Positions 1-14,400 of a DNA stretch of 64,000 nucleotides are shown one piece after another. The stretch spans positions 247,541 to 311,540 of the forward strand of contig JAQGDQ010000269.1 in the NCBI GenBank assembly GCA_030141605.1. Direction: 5' to 3'. The DNA is from Tubiluchus corallicola (Eukaryota > Animalia > Priapulida). Made by a program: the position numbers and the translations under genes. Below the pieces are notes generated by a model, which was not told the DNA's origin, searched no databases, and worked only from the letters and a program-made list of their open reading frames with translations. Position 1 is the stretch's first letter. Each line of letters begins with the position of its first letter.

Positions 1-81
1 GAAAATCAGACGGAAAATGCAAGTTGCCATAGCAACGTTGTGTCGGTATTGGACGACCGTGTTCTTGTTTTTGATCCAAAG
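1..81 (+). CDS. KIF18A: KIF18-like exon (ENQTEN...VLVFDPK), 5' truncated by window edge
   Basis: Open frame ending at AAG|GTATGA; matches the KIF18 N-terminal motor segment. Confidence 0.85.
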
Positions 82-2402
82 GTATGAAGTTTCCAGATAA
101 TTTGATTTCTTCTACTGCTTTACAACTGATAGCAGCTGCAGAAAGTGATAAGCTTATGGTGGCACTGACAGTTGCCATGATAATACATGTATTGTAAATG
201 TTGCAAATTAATGTGTTAAACATTAAGACGTGCTAAATTTTACATACTTGTCTTTGGCTTTACTATGGAAATTTTTTAAATAGAAGTGCCAATTGAACTA
301 TTAGGAATACTAAATGTGATTTCTATAAATGTATGGTGGATTCATAGTCAAGTGGTCTTGTGCATGTGTTTTGCATGAATGGCTCACAGTCGTCTGTGTT
401 CCATCTAAATCATTCTGAGCGATTTCGTATGCCATACTAACTTTGGCTGTTTACCTAATATTGAAAGGATGCATACACATATAAATGTGACTATGACGCA
501 TTAGCCAATTTAGTAGCTATTTTAGAGTGATATCCTTGATGATGAGCCAGACTTCAATCTCATCACAAGCATCGCATTGAGTAGACCATACCATTGAATA
601 CTCACTTGTTTCTGGCTTGCAGTATGCTGAACTTCTGTATACATAAAAAGTCAAGAGAACATTATAAGTTCCCATAAATGCAATGCTACCCAAGAAAAGC
701 AGAGAGTATAATGGTACAGCGGAGATTGCGCATTTAACATATATCACACTGTATCTGCAATAATTAGTTAATAGTACTGTTTGTAGAATATTTTTATTGA
801 TACTATCAATCATGAATATAAAATAGCCTCAAAAACCGACTAAAAGGTTAATCAGTTATGAAGGCTAGACTGCAGGACTAATTTACAAGGAATGTTTGTA
901 CGTGGATGAAACGAAAACTTGTGGAAAGTCTCTTTAAGCTGGGATGAGTTCACGAGAGTAATGCTGTGTGTGCTGTCCCTCCTGGGTAATTTATTATTTT
1001 TTTATTTGGAGAACTATAAATAGTATTTGAATAGGTTTTATTTCGGTTTCAATTTTTGATAAAGTTTTGATGGTTTATGTGTACATTGTAGATGCGTTAA
1101 CGCACTGATTAATTGATCCACAGGTACATGAATAATAATGTATTTACAACTGAGATATTATTATACAGTAGTTAGAACTCTTTGGTTCTTATCTAAGGTG
1201 TATTATTAGTGTTTTGGATGAAACAGTTAACAACTTTACATGCATGTGCTACTTGAGAATTAAAACTATTTAAACATACTTCAAGTGAGGTGATTAATCA
1301 ACATTGTGAAATTGTCGTGACTTGACTTGATTTTTGCTTATCATTTTAAGGCAGAGCAATCTCCAGGTTTTTTCCAAGGCCGCAAATTGAGTGGCAATTT
1401 GGCTCAGCGACGAACAAAGGATCTGCATTTTGGATTTGATCATGTTTTTGGGGCGGAAGCTTGCAACCAAGTGGTGTACGAACAAAGTACAAAGTGTATT
1501 CTGGATGGCCTGCTTGATGGGTTCAACTGTTCCGGTACGAACATTTGATTTGCAATGTTGTAAACTGCTTTGCAAAATTGTAAATAAAAAGTCCCCTGAT
1601 TTTCAATTTTTTTTTGTGCAGCTCCAGCATTCTTGATTTACAGATAGATAAAGTACTCCGCTGATGCTTGGTCGTAATGTATCAAATGATGTTGAACATG
1701 TGGTTAACTTGCTAATTTAAAATCTAAATGCAAAGCTTATCTTGCTGATCGGCGATTGCATTACATTTACACAATTTTTCTCGTCTGATTATTCCATTTT
1801 ATGTTCTTCGACAAGGGCTAGTTTTTGTGTACTGTATCTATCACAATTTTTTACACCTGCTGTTATATATCTATATATATATATATGCTAAGATATGATT
1901 ATGGCCTATTTGAATCCTTGACTCACTACCTTATTGGAATACCAGGAACACTGTACTAAGCTAGTTTTTGCTTAGTTTTTGTGTAACTCTCTAATCTGTT
2001 GTTTAGGTCAAATATTAGTTCCTGCATTTGCACACTTTATTATGATGCTTTTTTATTACTATTGTTGCAATTTAGATTTTAGTTGTATGGCTCAGTGGAA
2101 GCAGCGTACCATCTTAGCTATCGAAGCTAAGATGGCACCGAGGCTGATCAGCAATATTTATTCATTTAAATTGGGAAAAGGGAAATTTTAAAATATGTCC
2201 CAAAAGATTTCCACGCAAAGTTATATTATTTAGCAGTATGGTTGCCTGTTTGAAAGTCCTATGTAACTAGAAAAGTCTTAATAATTCTTAATTTAATAAT
2301 TTCTTAATAATTTAAAATATTAAAGCTGGTAAAACCTCACCTGACTCACATTTCCAGTGTGCACCACTGATTCACCAATAACACACTATTCATCTTAGTC
2401 AG

Positions 2403-2433
<31 letters not shown>

Positions 2434-5400
2434 ATATATGTAATATATATATACATATAATATATATATAATACAATTAAAACTTTTCCTTAGTTAACAG
2501 AGAATGCACTACGAATGCTCTGTTTATTTTTCAAACTTTACACGCAATGTTATCTAAATGTATTGCAAATGATTTCCTGTGAAAATGGCTGTGCCAGCGG
2601 GCATCCCGGGAGTTCAAATTTTCAAGTTTTATACAACATTGCTGCTAACGCAAGTCCTATATGTAATAAGGCAGTATGTAAGTGATACAAAATTTCAAAA
2701 CAAATTTTCAACTTTATTTAGGAAAAGGTTTTTTGCTGTTGCAGTGTTTGCGTACGGTGCTACAGGAGCAGGGAAAACCCACACTATGCTAGGTAACTCC
2801 GAAAACCCCGGGGTGATTTTTCGCACCATGATCGATTTATATGAGCGTATTGAAGACCTGAAGGATGAAAAGACAATCAATGTTGCCATTTCTTACTTAG
2901 AGGTAAACTATTTACTTTAAGTTGTAAAATGTTGAAATGTTGAAAAACATTGTAAAATAAATGTGAAGCTTGTTTTAAATGTGACAACAGTCAAACTTAT
3001 TTGGAAAGTTTGAGTCTTTATTAAATGCACTGTTATAAGTGAGTTTTCAGTAACTGAAATTTTAAGATCATCTGAAAGAAAGAGTTAAAATTAACTAAAT
3101 CCACTTGCTGTGTGGTGTGGCGGGCATTTGGTTGCTATTCATTGTAATAGCAATTTGCTGTTTTTCAACAATTCACCTAGTTGCTCTTCTCTTTTGTATT
3201 CTCTCTTTTTTTATCTGCACTGGTTATTTATCTTTATCGTATTACCGAGTGTTAGTGCACATTCAATCATGATTAGGACACCTGTTTGCTAGATTTGTCA
3301 TTTATAAGTTTATTCTTGACAATGAGCTAGATTTTGGTCATGCCACAATCTTCTACATTAAGTATGCCTCTCTTGTTAAGTCCAGGTTTCTGGCTTGCCA
3401 AAAGTTAAACTGTATGAAAGGCTAAAGGTGGAAGAAAAATGTTATTTGTCTTGGTATTCTATTGAATGCTGTTGTTTGTATTTGCTGTTCATTCATATTA
3501 TTCACTATTCAATCATGCCTTAAGTTACTTTTCTTAATTTGCTTCATACAGTTTTAGATAACTAGATAAAGTGCAAAATCTTTAAAAGCTTTTCATTATT
3601 TTCAGAAAATGAACCAATCTACCTGGCTAACGTCTTTAGTTATTTATCATTTTAGCTTTAATTACATGTTTTTAATAATTTTCAGAAAAGTAGCATTGTA
3701 TAAGCTACACTTATAGCACCTGTCAGTGCAATTTTTCAGTCTAGAACTTATCACTTGCAGGTGTACAACGAGACCATTCGTGATCTTCTCGTTGCTTCTG
3801 GTCCTCTAGCTATACGTGAGGATCCTCACAAGGGTGTAGTCGTCAGCGGGCTGTCCCTCCATCAGCCGAAGTCGGCTGAGGAATTGCTACACATGCTGGA
3901 GTATGGTAATAAGAACAGGACCCAACATCCGACTGACGCTAATGCCGAGTCGTCACGCTCACATGCTGTGTTCCAGGTATTTTTAATTGATGCAAAAACA
4001 CAATATTTACAAATTTTACCATTATTGTTCACAGGTATTCGGAAAGCCATCATTTTAATATTCTTCCTAATTTAATAAATTTGATTATTTTACATTAATT
4101 TTTAAATGTTTATAATTGACCTGCACAATTCACAGTGAAAGTACAGGTCACAAAAATTCGAATCGGATCGAATCAATGATCAGATTTGGATCGGTACCGA
4201 AGCTTCTGCTTACAAAGTACATAAAAGCTCGATAAGAGGAACTGTCTGTGGTGTGTTAGAATGTTATAACAATTAAGAAATAACATCTGTGTTATACTTT
4301 ATGTTGTAATTATGATTTTGTATAATGTTCTGTTAAGTCTGTTTTTTATAAGTTTCTTGACCCAATGTGTCTAGCTACTTCTGTAGGTGAATGTGAATTA
4401 AAACATGGTACACGATATTTTAAACGATAACATAATTGTGACAAAGTTTTTGGTTTCAGGTGTTTGTAAAGCAGAAAGACAGAACTGCGAGCCTCTCTGC
4501 TGACGTGAAAGTAGCTAAAATGTCGCTGATAGATCTCGCAGGTTCTGAAAGGGCCACTGCCACCAAAAACCAAGGAGCAAGATTTCGCGAGGGCGCGAAC
4601 ATAAACAAGTCGCTTTTGGCCCTTGGTAACTGCATCAACGCTCTTGCTGATGGTCGGGTAAGTTTAAATTTTAGATTTTGGTTTTTCTTGCAAGTGAATA
4701 GATGTGTGTAAATGTGAATTTTGAATAATTTAGATAAACTATTCTCTCTCCCTCTCTCTCTTTCTCTCTCTCTCGCTCTCTCCTTCCCTCACATTCGCAG
4801 CTAAACATTCAGCTTTGGTCTGTGAAATTTATCATTAAAAGCACCTGCATTAAGTAATATTTTTGCCATTCGTCATGCTGCTAAAAAATGTCCATTTAAA
4901 CAATACTTGGGCGTAGGTAAATTTTTACGTAAAAAGAATGTCTTGTAACAACCTTTCAGGCAACGGTGATCAAAGTGCAGGCATTCTTTGAGTCCAGAGA
5001 TTGATAAATTACAAATAGATATTGTTTGCTTCATTTTAGTAACATTCTAGGGGTGTTGCTATATCACTTAAATTTGATTATTTAAACTGGGCATAAAACT
5101 GATTGCTACTTGCAATATATTTATGTGCCATGCCATAAATTCTTATGATGCTTGCCTTTGTGTTACGTAACAGGGTATAATGTGACTTCAGTTGCAATTA
5201 GACCTGCAACGTGAAACTTGTTCGCCGCCACATTTGCTTTTTTTACTAGGCAAAGGAACATAGGTCTTTAAAGCTGCGATTGGTCATGATTTCTGTGTGT
5301 TTTCAGAGCAAGAGTCAGCACATACCATACAGGAACAGCAAGCTTACTCGACTGTTGAAGGATTCCTTGGGTGGCAACTGTCAAACCGTGATGATTGCTG

Positions 5401-8400
5401 CTGTCAGTCCATCCAGTTTGACTTACGATGATACTTATAATACACTCAAATATGCTGACCGAGCGAAACACATTAAAGCCACAGTAAGTTGTCTATTTAA
5501 GGCACCTTTTTTCCTGATTATCTTGTGTGCAGCCCAAAGCATTCCACGATTGTCTTGATTTGCAAAAAAGGCATAAAAACAAAAAATGAAAGGACTTGCA
5601 GCTGTTCAACAAGAACTTTCATTGGGGACCTGATCTACCATCTTTGCATCTCAATTTTTTTACATATAGAGATGAATTGGAATTAATTGGAAAGTAATAA
5701 TATAAAATATTTGAATGACACAAAGAGTTTGTGTTGCTGAATTAGTTCACTCTATGAAAACAATAAATGTTTATACAGCCCTAGATTGTTTTACGTGCTT
5801 CTTAATTTCCAAGTCCATCTTAGCTCCCAGCCGACATGAACCTTTTGAATTTTCATACTCGTGCTCAAATTTTCTTTATAAGTCAAATGCAATGTTTTGA
5901 ATGTTGAAATTCTCTTTGTAGCTGAAAGGGCATGGTATGAATATCGAAATTCTCTTTGTAGCTGAAATGCATTGTTATGATTGTTGACTTTCTCTCTCTA
6001 GTTGAAACACAATGTTACGAATGTTGAAATTCTCTTTGTAGCTGAAATGCAATGTTACGAATGTTGAAAATCTTTTTGTAGCTGGAATGCATTGTTATAA
6101 ATGTTGGCTTTCTCTTGGTAGCTGAAACGCAATGTTATGAATGTTGACTTCCACGTGAGCCAGTACGTTAAAATCGTGGAAGAGCTGAGGCAAGAAGTGA
6201 GCGAGCTGAAAGAGAAACTACGGAATTATGAGGAGAACGCAGTAGTTCATGCAGCGCCTGACACCAGACCTGCTGTTTTAGTCACCAGTAACACTGAAGA
6301 AATAGAAAGGTAAATCATTCCTTTTCCTGTAAAAATCTTGCTTATCTTGAAAAGTGCAGTCTTATGCTCCGTTAGGTGAAGTTAGTAAATCCAAGTTAAA
6401 TAAATGAAGTAATGTTAGCTAAACAGACAATTGCATGTCTTGTTGTCGAGGAACAGAATGGTATGGTATAGTTACAAATATAGTGGCTGTTTAGAAGTTG
6501 ACAACACAGCAAAAAAGTTTAAAAAGTTTTTGTTTCAAATAAGGTCACCCTTCATTGCTGGAAATGAGCACAGCAAGCAATATATTATAATTGAAAACAT
6601 GGATTTTTGATTATTGGTTTTATTTTGGACAGAGTGTATATATCTGTCAAACATTGTTTCTAAAGCAGCTAAAAAAATTGTTTCTGTCTTACCTCATGAG
6701 CTCAAAAGATATTGTCAGTAGGGAGTAAAAAGGCATTTTTGCAAAAAAAATTTAAAGCTTTGTGAATGTTTAAAGCTGAATCGTGAAATATTTAAAATCT
6801 GTCGAAATCAACGTTTGGTTATTTTCCACTGTTTAAATCTTTTCAAAGCACTTCATATTTTAGTTTTTTTTGTTTCACATTGCTAAATTATCGTATAATT
6901 ATCGATTATCATATAGTCTGTTTTTTGTATGGTATGAACGTGTGTTGTGATAATGATGGTATAAGCGGTAACGCTACTCGACCGCCAGTATGCTGATTTG
7001 GCAGAAAATACAGTACTTTTTAGCTTCCAATATGATAATCAACATGATACAATATGGTAACCCTGGTCGAGAGTTAGCCATAGAACTTGGCTCCGTCCTT
7101 GCCAAAACAACAATGTGATAATATTTATTGCATTTTACATTTAAAATTAAAAAATATGCTTTTATATGACTACGTCTAAGTATAAAAAGACGGTAAGTAC
7201 AAAAGAAAAAATCATAAAATTCTCGGCCGGGTGTGCAATAAAAAAATATTACCTGGGTCATTAAACAGAAACAGAAGTATTTTTATTGTCGGCTGAACCT
7301 GTGTTACTGCAAACTTAATTGTCACGAACCTCTGTTTACTGTACTGGCAGGTTGAGGGATTCGTTAAGCAAGGTTTTTGCTCAGCGAAAAAAGATACGGA
7401 AAGAAATTTTGGACAGTGAAGCCAGTGCACGCGACATACAAGTCAGAATGTATCGCCGACAAGAAAGTCTGTCTAAGTTCAGTTTAGTTACTCCAGAATC
7501 ACACGCACTTACGGAGGTGAGTATTAAATTAGATACTAAGCTGGCTGATCCAAATAGTTCTGATTATTAAAGTCAAACTAAACCCTGACTATAATATAAG
7601 TTTTTACAACTTAAAGTCCTACTCTCATTGCTTATTATAAACTTACAGTAAAACTTATTATTTTTTATTTTTTGTCACTTCATTGTTAGCGGCATTAAAT
7701 TTGAAAAACTGGCATTTTTCATTGTGCGAGATGAATGACATTATAAGTACAGTCACACTTGCTATGCTACGCATGTCAATCTCGCTCACTCATGCCAAAG
7801 GCTCGAAACATGGCGATCTTTGCACAAGGTTATGCTACTTAGCATTATGCTTACCTGCTTGAAAATTTATGTAACTAAAAAAGAAAATTCTTAGTTGTTT
7901 AAAATGCTCGCCCATCTGGTAAAATGCCACTCACCTTTACGATGGGCACCACTGACTTATCAAAAATGCATTCTTAATCTTATTGACAATATACTGTAAT
8001 TTACACTTTTGCTTAGTTAGTGGGGTATGACGCTATGAATGCTCTGATTATTTTATGCAACGTTATCTAATCTGTTTCAAATGAGGTGCCGCTAAAATGG
8101 CTGCATTTGTGGCCATCCCGGGAGTTTACAGGCTTTATATAGTGTTGCTGCTAATATATGGCTTATTACATGCTCTCTGCTTAATAAGGCAGTGATTTCA
8201 ACATGATTTTTTAGCTTTACGTAACTAAATGGTTTTCTTGTGTTTTGACTTTTAAGCAGTGGTTTTATCATAAGTTGTGCCGCATTGTAATGTTATTTAC
8301 CAATTTTTCAAGTGAACACTGGTCTCTGTGATTCTTACTAAAAATGAGCCTGCAGGCTTTTTCTTTACCCTTTGTAACTTGCCAAATTGAAACTCATTTA

Positions 8401-11400
8401 TACAGCTGTATGGACTATGCAATATTGTTGTAGGTGAAGAACAATGTTGCCACGTTTATGGAGCAAATGCGGTCACGTCGCGCTAGACTTACACAACTCA
8501 AAACGGCTGCGTTAAACAAGCAGGAGCAGAACAAAGAATGGTTAGAACAGGTAGAGGCGGAGATAATGAATACGGCAAGCAGAGATTTCCTTTCTACGTG
8601 CCTCCGTTGTCATCAATTGGAACAGGAGCTGTCCGAATCGAAACTACATAACCGATATCTGAAGAGGTTTATTCTCACACGCGAACGAGAATGGCAAAAT
8701 TCGAACAGGTAAACTAACCGTCTGTCACAAATTCATATAAACTAATCCTTTATACAAACTAGTTGTTTGTAATTAGCATAACCAAACCTTGTTTGAGTGC
8801 AGAATTTCACGTAACCACATTTTTCTTGTCTTCCGTTTGTCATTTCTTCACATTTCTTAATTAACTAGTATTTCTATTAGTCCATTGTGCAATTAACGTT
8901 AATTTTAGCACCATTTTTCTTGATAGTGTAAAAAGTCCATTGGTCACTTTCATACCTTTAATATGGCTATTATACACGTTTATAGTGGACGATGAAGCTG
9001 AATAGCTTATGTGTCTAAGACAATTGTACTATACAAAAAACTTCTTTAGGTTAGGGTTTGATTACTATGCAGCCATGCCATTTTCTCAACACCATAACTA
9101 AGGTATGATTGATAAAGCCGTACGTCTTTGATGATGTCCCAGAATGTCGAACAGAGCTTAAATGTTCAGACGCTTATTTCATAAATGCATAAATTACTTT
9201 ATTTAGTTGGCTTCACTCTTTCTGCAATATAGTGTAATTAGTATTAAGCACTCTACTTTGTTTCTAGTGCAACTGGTAACCAATAGGAATACTGGTAACA
9301 CCAGCCATTGCGGGGTTTCATGCATTTTTTTTGTTTTTTGCTAAGGTTGATGAACATGGTTTTAACGTTGTTGAGGAAACAGCATTTCATTTTGAAAGGC
9401 AACGACATCATGACCTCGGATTTGCAGGAAAGTTACAATGCAATTCAGTCCTCACTCGAAGGACCACATCAGGTAAGCAGGCAAACTACTACGTTTTCTT
9501 AACACTTAAAATTATTGCAAAATTAAAAATATAAAAACATGTGTAGAAAAAACCACATAAGCACAGTAAATAGAAAACGCAAGTGAAAAACAGATCAGAC
9601 TAAAATCATAGCACAGTCTTAGAACACGGTGAGACACGACAGAAACTAAACAGACACAACATTTACTAGAAAAGAGTCTTACCAAGATGTGTAACATAGT
9701 GGCGCCCTCACCCATGCCATTCCATTGGTAAACTGAAATTTTTTAAACACGCATTTTAGACAATTACAAATACAATAATATTTTTCACTGAGATGGTAAT
9801 ACAGCTATGTCAGTATGTCATCGTTGCCATTGTAAAAAAATTTTTGTAGTTTTTAATCTGATCACCTCTATTTATATATTCCACCAAATTCATGAATGAT
9901 GAAATTACATCTTTAATTAATCATAACTCGCAAGTTGCACACATTTTGTGCTATTGTAAGTCATCATAAACATTAAATATTAAAGGAAAATCGCAGCCAA
10001 TCTTCTAATGTAAGTCAAAACAGTCAACTCTATAAAATATTGAAAGGGGAACATACAATTTTTTCAAGAATGACTTACATGAAAGAATTATTACCACGCA
10101 AACGCAATTTCGCATTCGCGTGGCTAGTTCTTCACTGCTACATACATTTCGCCATTCGTTAGTTAGATGGACAATTGAACCCACATTTCGGAAATGCTTT
10201 GCACGAAAACTAAGTGCTGTACCTCTCAGTTCAGAAGTGTTCATTTGTGACAATGTGCACACGTTAGAGAGTTCATGCGTGAACACAGTGGTAAATTTGT
10301 TATCTTAAAACTTGCCGAGTTTTAGTACAACTCACTGAATCTCTCACAATAGTGCTGTACTTCAGTTTTCGCTTTTGCAAACATGTAGAACACGCTTATG
10401 GCATGTTTTTTCTGTTGAAAATCATGTTTGTTTGTGATGTCTTCGATAGTTGGCTCACTCGTCATTAACTAAATTTTTTATTTATTATTTAATTATCAGG
10501 AATATTTTTTCAGTATTTTTGGTATTAAAATGTATACTTTTTACCATACTTCAATCATCTTGTTTTCCTTTAAATGAAGATTTATTTGAAATGACCTTGT
10601 TTGCAGATTGCTTGGGCTGATCAAACCACATCCTCTGAGCAGAACGGGATGCTGGGAAATTTTGACATTAATAACATCATTGACATGCCAGTAATGAGTT
10701 GTGTGTCTCTTACACCTGTTGGTGAGTGCTAGATTGTATGTTGTTTAGTTTGTAAATGGGATGTGTAATATTTACGCCTGCCGCCGGGTGTTAGATTTTG
10801 CGCCGTTTGCTCGTTAGAATGTGTACCGCTTACATTTGTCAGTTTGTATTTGAATGTGTGCAACTTACGGTCGTCGGCAAGTGTTAGAATGTGTGTTGCT
10901 TGAACTTGTGAATAAGTGTTAGACTGTGTGCCACTTTTGCTGGTCGGTAAGCATTAGCATGTGTGTCGGTAAGTTAATTTTTACGAAAGTATTACGACTG
11001 TGTGATGCTTATGCCTATTGGTAAGTGTTTGATTGTGTGTCGCTTACACCTGCCGGTAAGTCTTAGACTGTGTGCTGCTTACGCTTGTCTGCAAGTGCTA
11101 AATTGTGTATGCTTATTGTCCATAAACGCCAGAGGTCGAACAAGTTAAACCGTCACGGATATAACTATATTACAGTCTGTTGACGGTACATCTTTGGCAC
11201 AAGGTGCTGAAACAGCTGCTATTCTAATTACGCTAAGTTAATTGTATTATCTACAAACAATACAAAATTTGAAACAATAAATGAATTCGATTTATGAAGC
11301 AAAATATGTAAAGTTTTTTAAACTAGTAGCAGCTTGAAGGATGCTGGATTCACAATCTAGGTTTTAGAATTCTTCATAGTTTCCTACTGTTTCGTTACTA

Positions 11401-14400
11401 CCGTGATCAACTTTTCGCTGCCTTGTTTTAACCAGTTTAATTTCTTAAAAACAGCATCGACAGAAAAAATGTGCGGTCAAACTTCGTTATAATGCCAGGT
11501 CTAGGATGCCACTAAATATGGCGCTATAGTGGGTTTGGCTATAAGACGAGGTTCATTAAATATTGCAGCCATTCTGCTATTTTGTTTCCCGGTAAATTTT
11601 AATATGTGATAAATAGTATAATATTTTTATACTTACAACAATACATGTTTTATATACTGAATATTTTTGTTGCGTTAACAATGTAGGTGTAGTTCTATGG
11701 TTTTATATTGTAAAACTTTGACGTAACACAACTTGAAATACTGGTTAATTAACCTACTGTTGATAAAAGAAATGTGTAGCCACGTGGCCCACGCACACTC
11801 TCAACATAACATTACTGGATAATTATAAGTAGCCGCCGCATAAAACTTGACCTCTAGTCAAACTGCTTTAACAGCCGTTAAATTCACACCTGTTCAGTAC
11901 TGAACCACAGCTACGCAACTCTTCATTATTGTGTGCTTCTTGCTCAAAACCTCAGCATTCACGTTCATACAGTCATTTGCAACAAGACCTAAATCTTAAT
12001 TTAAACATCATAATTATTTTTGTGTGCGGAGGTCATTGTTCTTTTTGTGACTGTTTTTCAGCAACAATTCATTGTATTTTATCTTGGCTGGCATTATAGC
12101 GAGGTAGATTTATTGTGTACAATAGACTTTTGGCACAGCAGATACATTGACGAATGGCGGTAGGCAAGGTTGGCCGTATTCCCTATATTTAATATATTAT
12201 GGGAATTGGGACAGGGTAAAAGTTGGCATTATGGCAAGGCTGGCGTTACGAGGGGGGGGGCAGTATAATGACGCTCGACTGCAATTGTTGAGTACTTTCA
12301 TTGTTTTTGTTCATTTACTTCTCTTGCATTATTGCCTTAGCCCAAAATTTCTGTTATTACAATTGTTGCACAATATTTCTGTCATGTTATTTCCCTTTTT
12401 TTTCCGAAGGACCACTTTAACCAACATTTATAAACTAATAGTTATTTCCGAAGGACCGCTCCGGAAATAATCATTAGTTTATAATTGTTGATAAAGTGTT
12501 ATCCACATTAAGAAAGAATTAATAACAATAAAAATGTACTGAGCGAAATTTGTTCAGGTACTCGTGCACTGTACCAGAGTAAGATTTTTACCTTTTTAGT
12601 TTCTTTTTTACACTTTGCACTATCAGTTCATCTTTTCCAAAATTGCCTGTTAAGATACTTATGCGACACGTATGTAGAGGTGATGGCTGCAAACTACCAT
12701 CTAGTTAAGAAAAAATTTTGTATGTGTTTATTAAATATTTGCCATTTGTCGACTTTAATCATAATTTCTGCTTTTTTATTTCATCTGGATAAAATCATAA
12801 AAAAACTAGCTGGTGTATTAAAGCATGTTAGTTAGGTTATTAAGTCATATTTAAATTTAATGTTTAAATATTTCAGTTTATAGCGTTGTAACTTGATTTG
12901 TGTTTTGATAGTAAAATCGTCCTTGAGGCAGTCGAATAGATTCTCACTGGTTGCAACTCCGCCACCGGTGGCAGCGTCATCACCTGTTGTTGTCATAGAG
13001 GAGGCACGTGGATCAGAACCTCGACAAGGGACTCCTCGTTTGGTTAATAAGCCGGGTTTTCCATTGGCTGCTTCTCCTTGTATGTGTAGCTTTTTTAATT
13101 CAGCTGTCTAGTTTGTGTTATTGTAATTTATTTGTGTGAATGTAAAGATAACCGTTAGTTCAAAATCGTTCAGCTACTTAATTATCTTGTGTCTTTGCAG
13201 TTTCCAAAACAGTGTGCAATTGTTTTTGATTGTCATTACACATATCTATATTGATATTGATATTACTATATTGTAAAAGATATACAGCTATAGTGTAAAA
13301 AAAGTTTTCTGTCGATTCATGTTTTCGTTCACATAATTTCAGTGCTAGAAAAATCACCGTTAATAGCACAAGGTTCAGCTGGACATACTCCACCTGTGGT
13401 ACATTCTTCGTCGCGTAAATCCAAGGTACGTACCGTACAGGCATATATTTATTTATATTTAAAAGTATGATAATAAGTTAAGTAACTTAGCTCTAGACTG
13501 GGTATAACAAAACCAACCATTAAACTTGTCATATATATTGCAATTCAATACTGCAAAAAGCATTTTCTGCCAGCTGTTAAATGATATTCATGTAAAAACA
13601 GTACATGCTAACTGACTTAGGCTATTTTAACCAGCCACAAACTTGCAGAAACCAATTTACCTTTTGTGACCCCTTTATTGAGAGTTATATTATGTTGCAC
13701 AAACAATTCAGAAGCCTATAATGTCTGTTTTGTTTTTGACTTGTACATTCATATGTTAATGTGTCTTTTTGTAGCTTTTCCTTGAAGATGAAAACATAAA
13801 AGTTCCAAAGCTGTCTTTGTTAGAAGATTATGAGGACAGTCCGATAAAAAAGTGGCAAACTGAGAATAGCATGCTAACAAATGTTCTTGAACCAGTGTCC
13901 ACAAAATCACAAAATGTCTCCACTAACCCCACTCTTGGCGCACCAGGTCGAGTTGCCACGCCTCTTCGTCAAACACCCAAACACCTATCAAAGCCTGCCA
14001 TTCGTGTTCCCGTAAATCCTAATTATCCCCGTCAAGTGGGCCGTTCTCCTGCACATGATGCGTCTGACCCTAATAGCACATTCACATTGGATAGCAGTGC
14101 CTCGACTGTGGTGCCACCTTCCTGGATGCCAGTTGCAACTCCTGAACCGTCTCAAGCTGATCTGTCATGCACTGCATCACCACCATGTATTGTGTCACTA
14201 AGTGCATCGCCAATGAGAATAAAACCAGATCAGCCAACTGATCACCCAATTGTCGCTTTGACAAATGTAGAACCAGCAACTGCAACTAATGTAGTAAAAG
14301 ATGATGCAGACTCTAAACCAAAAGATGTTGATCAGCAGATAGAACCTCCAGCAGAGAAAGAAGTTGTTGAGTCGGCTTCTGTAGGTGCTGTATCTATTGC

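Noticed and set aside
517-813. Minus ORF with QCDACD resembling a PHD finger
   Set aside because: The Cys/His pattern is incomplete and there is no splice support; at most a decayed TE fragment.
3960-4045. Weak echo of a donor (TTCACAGGTATT ~58 nt after TTCCAGGTATT)
   Set aside because: Similarity is too short to distinguish from chance.
5885-6150. CRISPR-like regular array
   Set aside because: Units are contiguous with no unique spacers, the context is a eukaryotic intron, and there are no cas genes.
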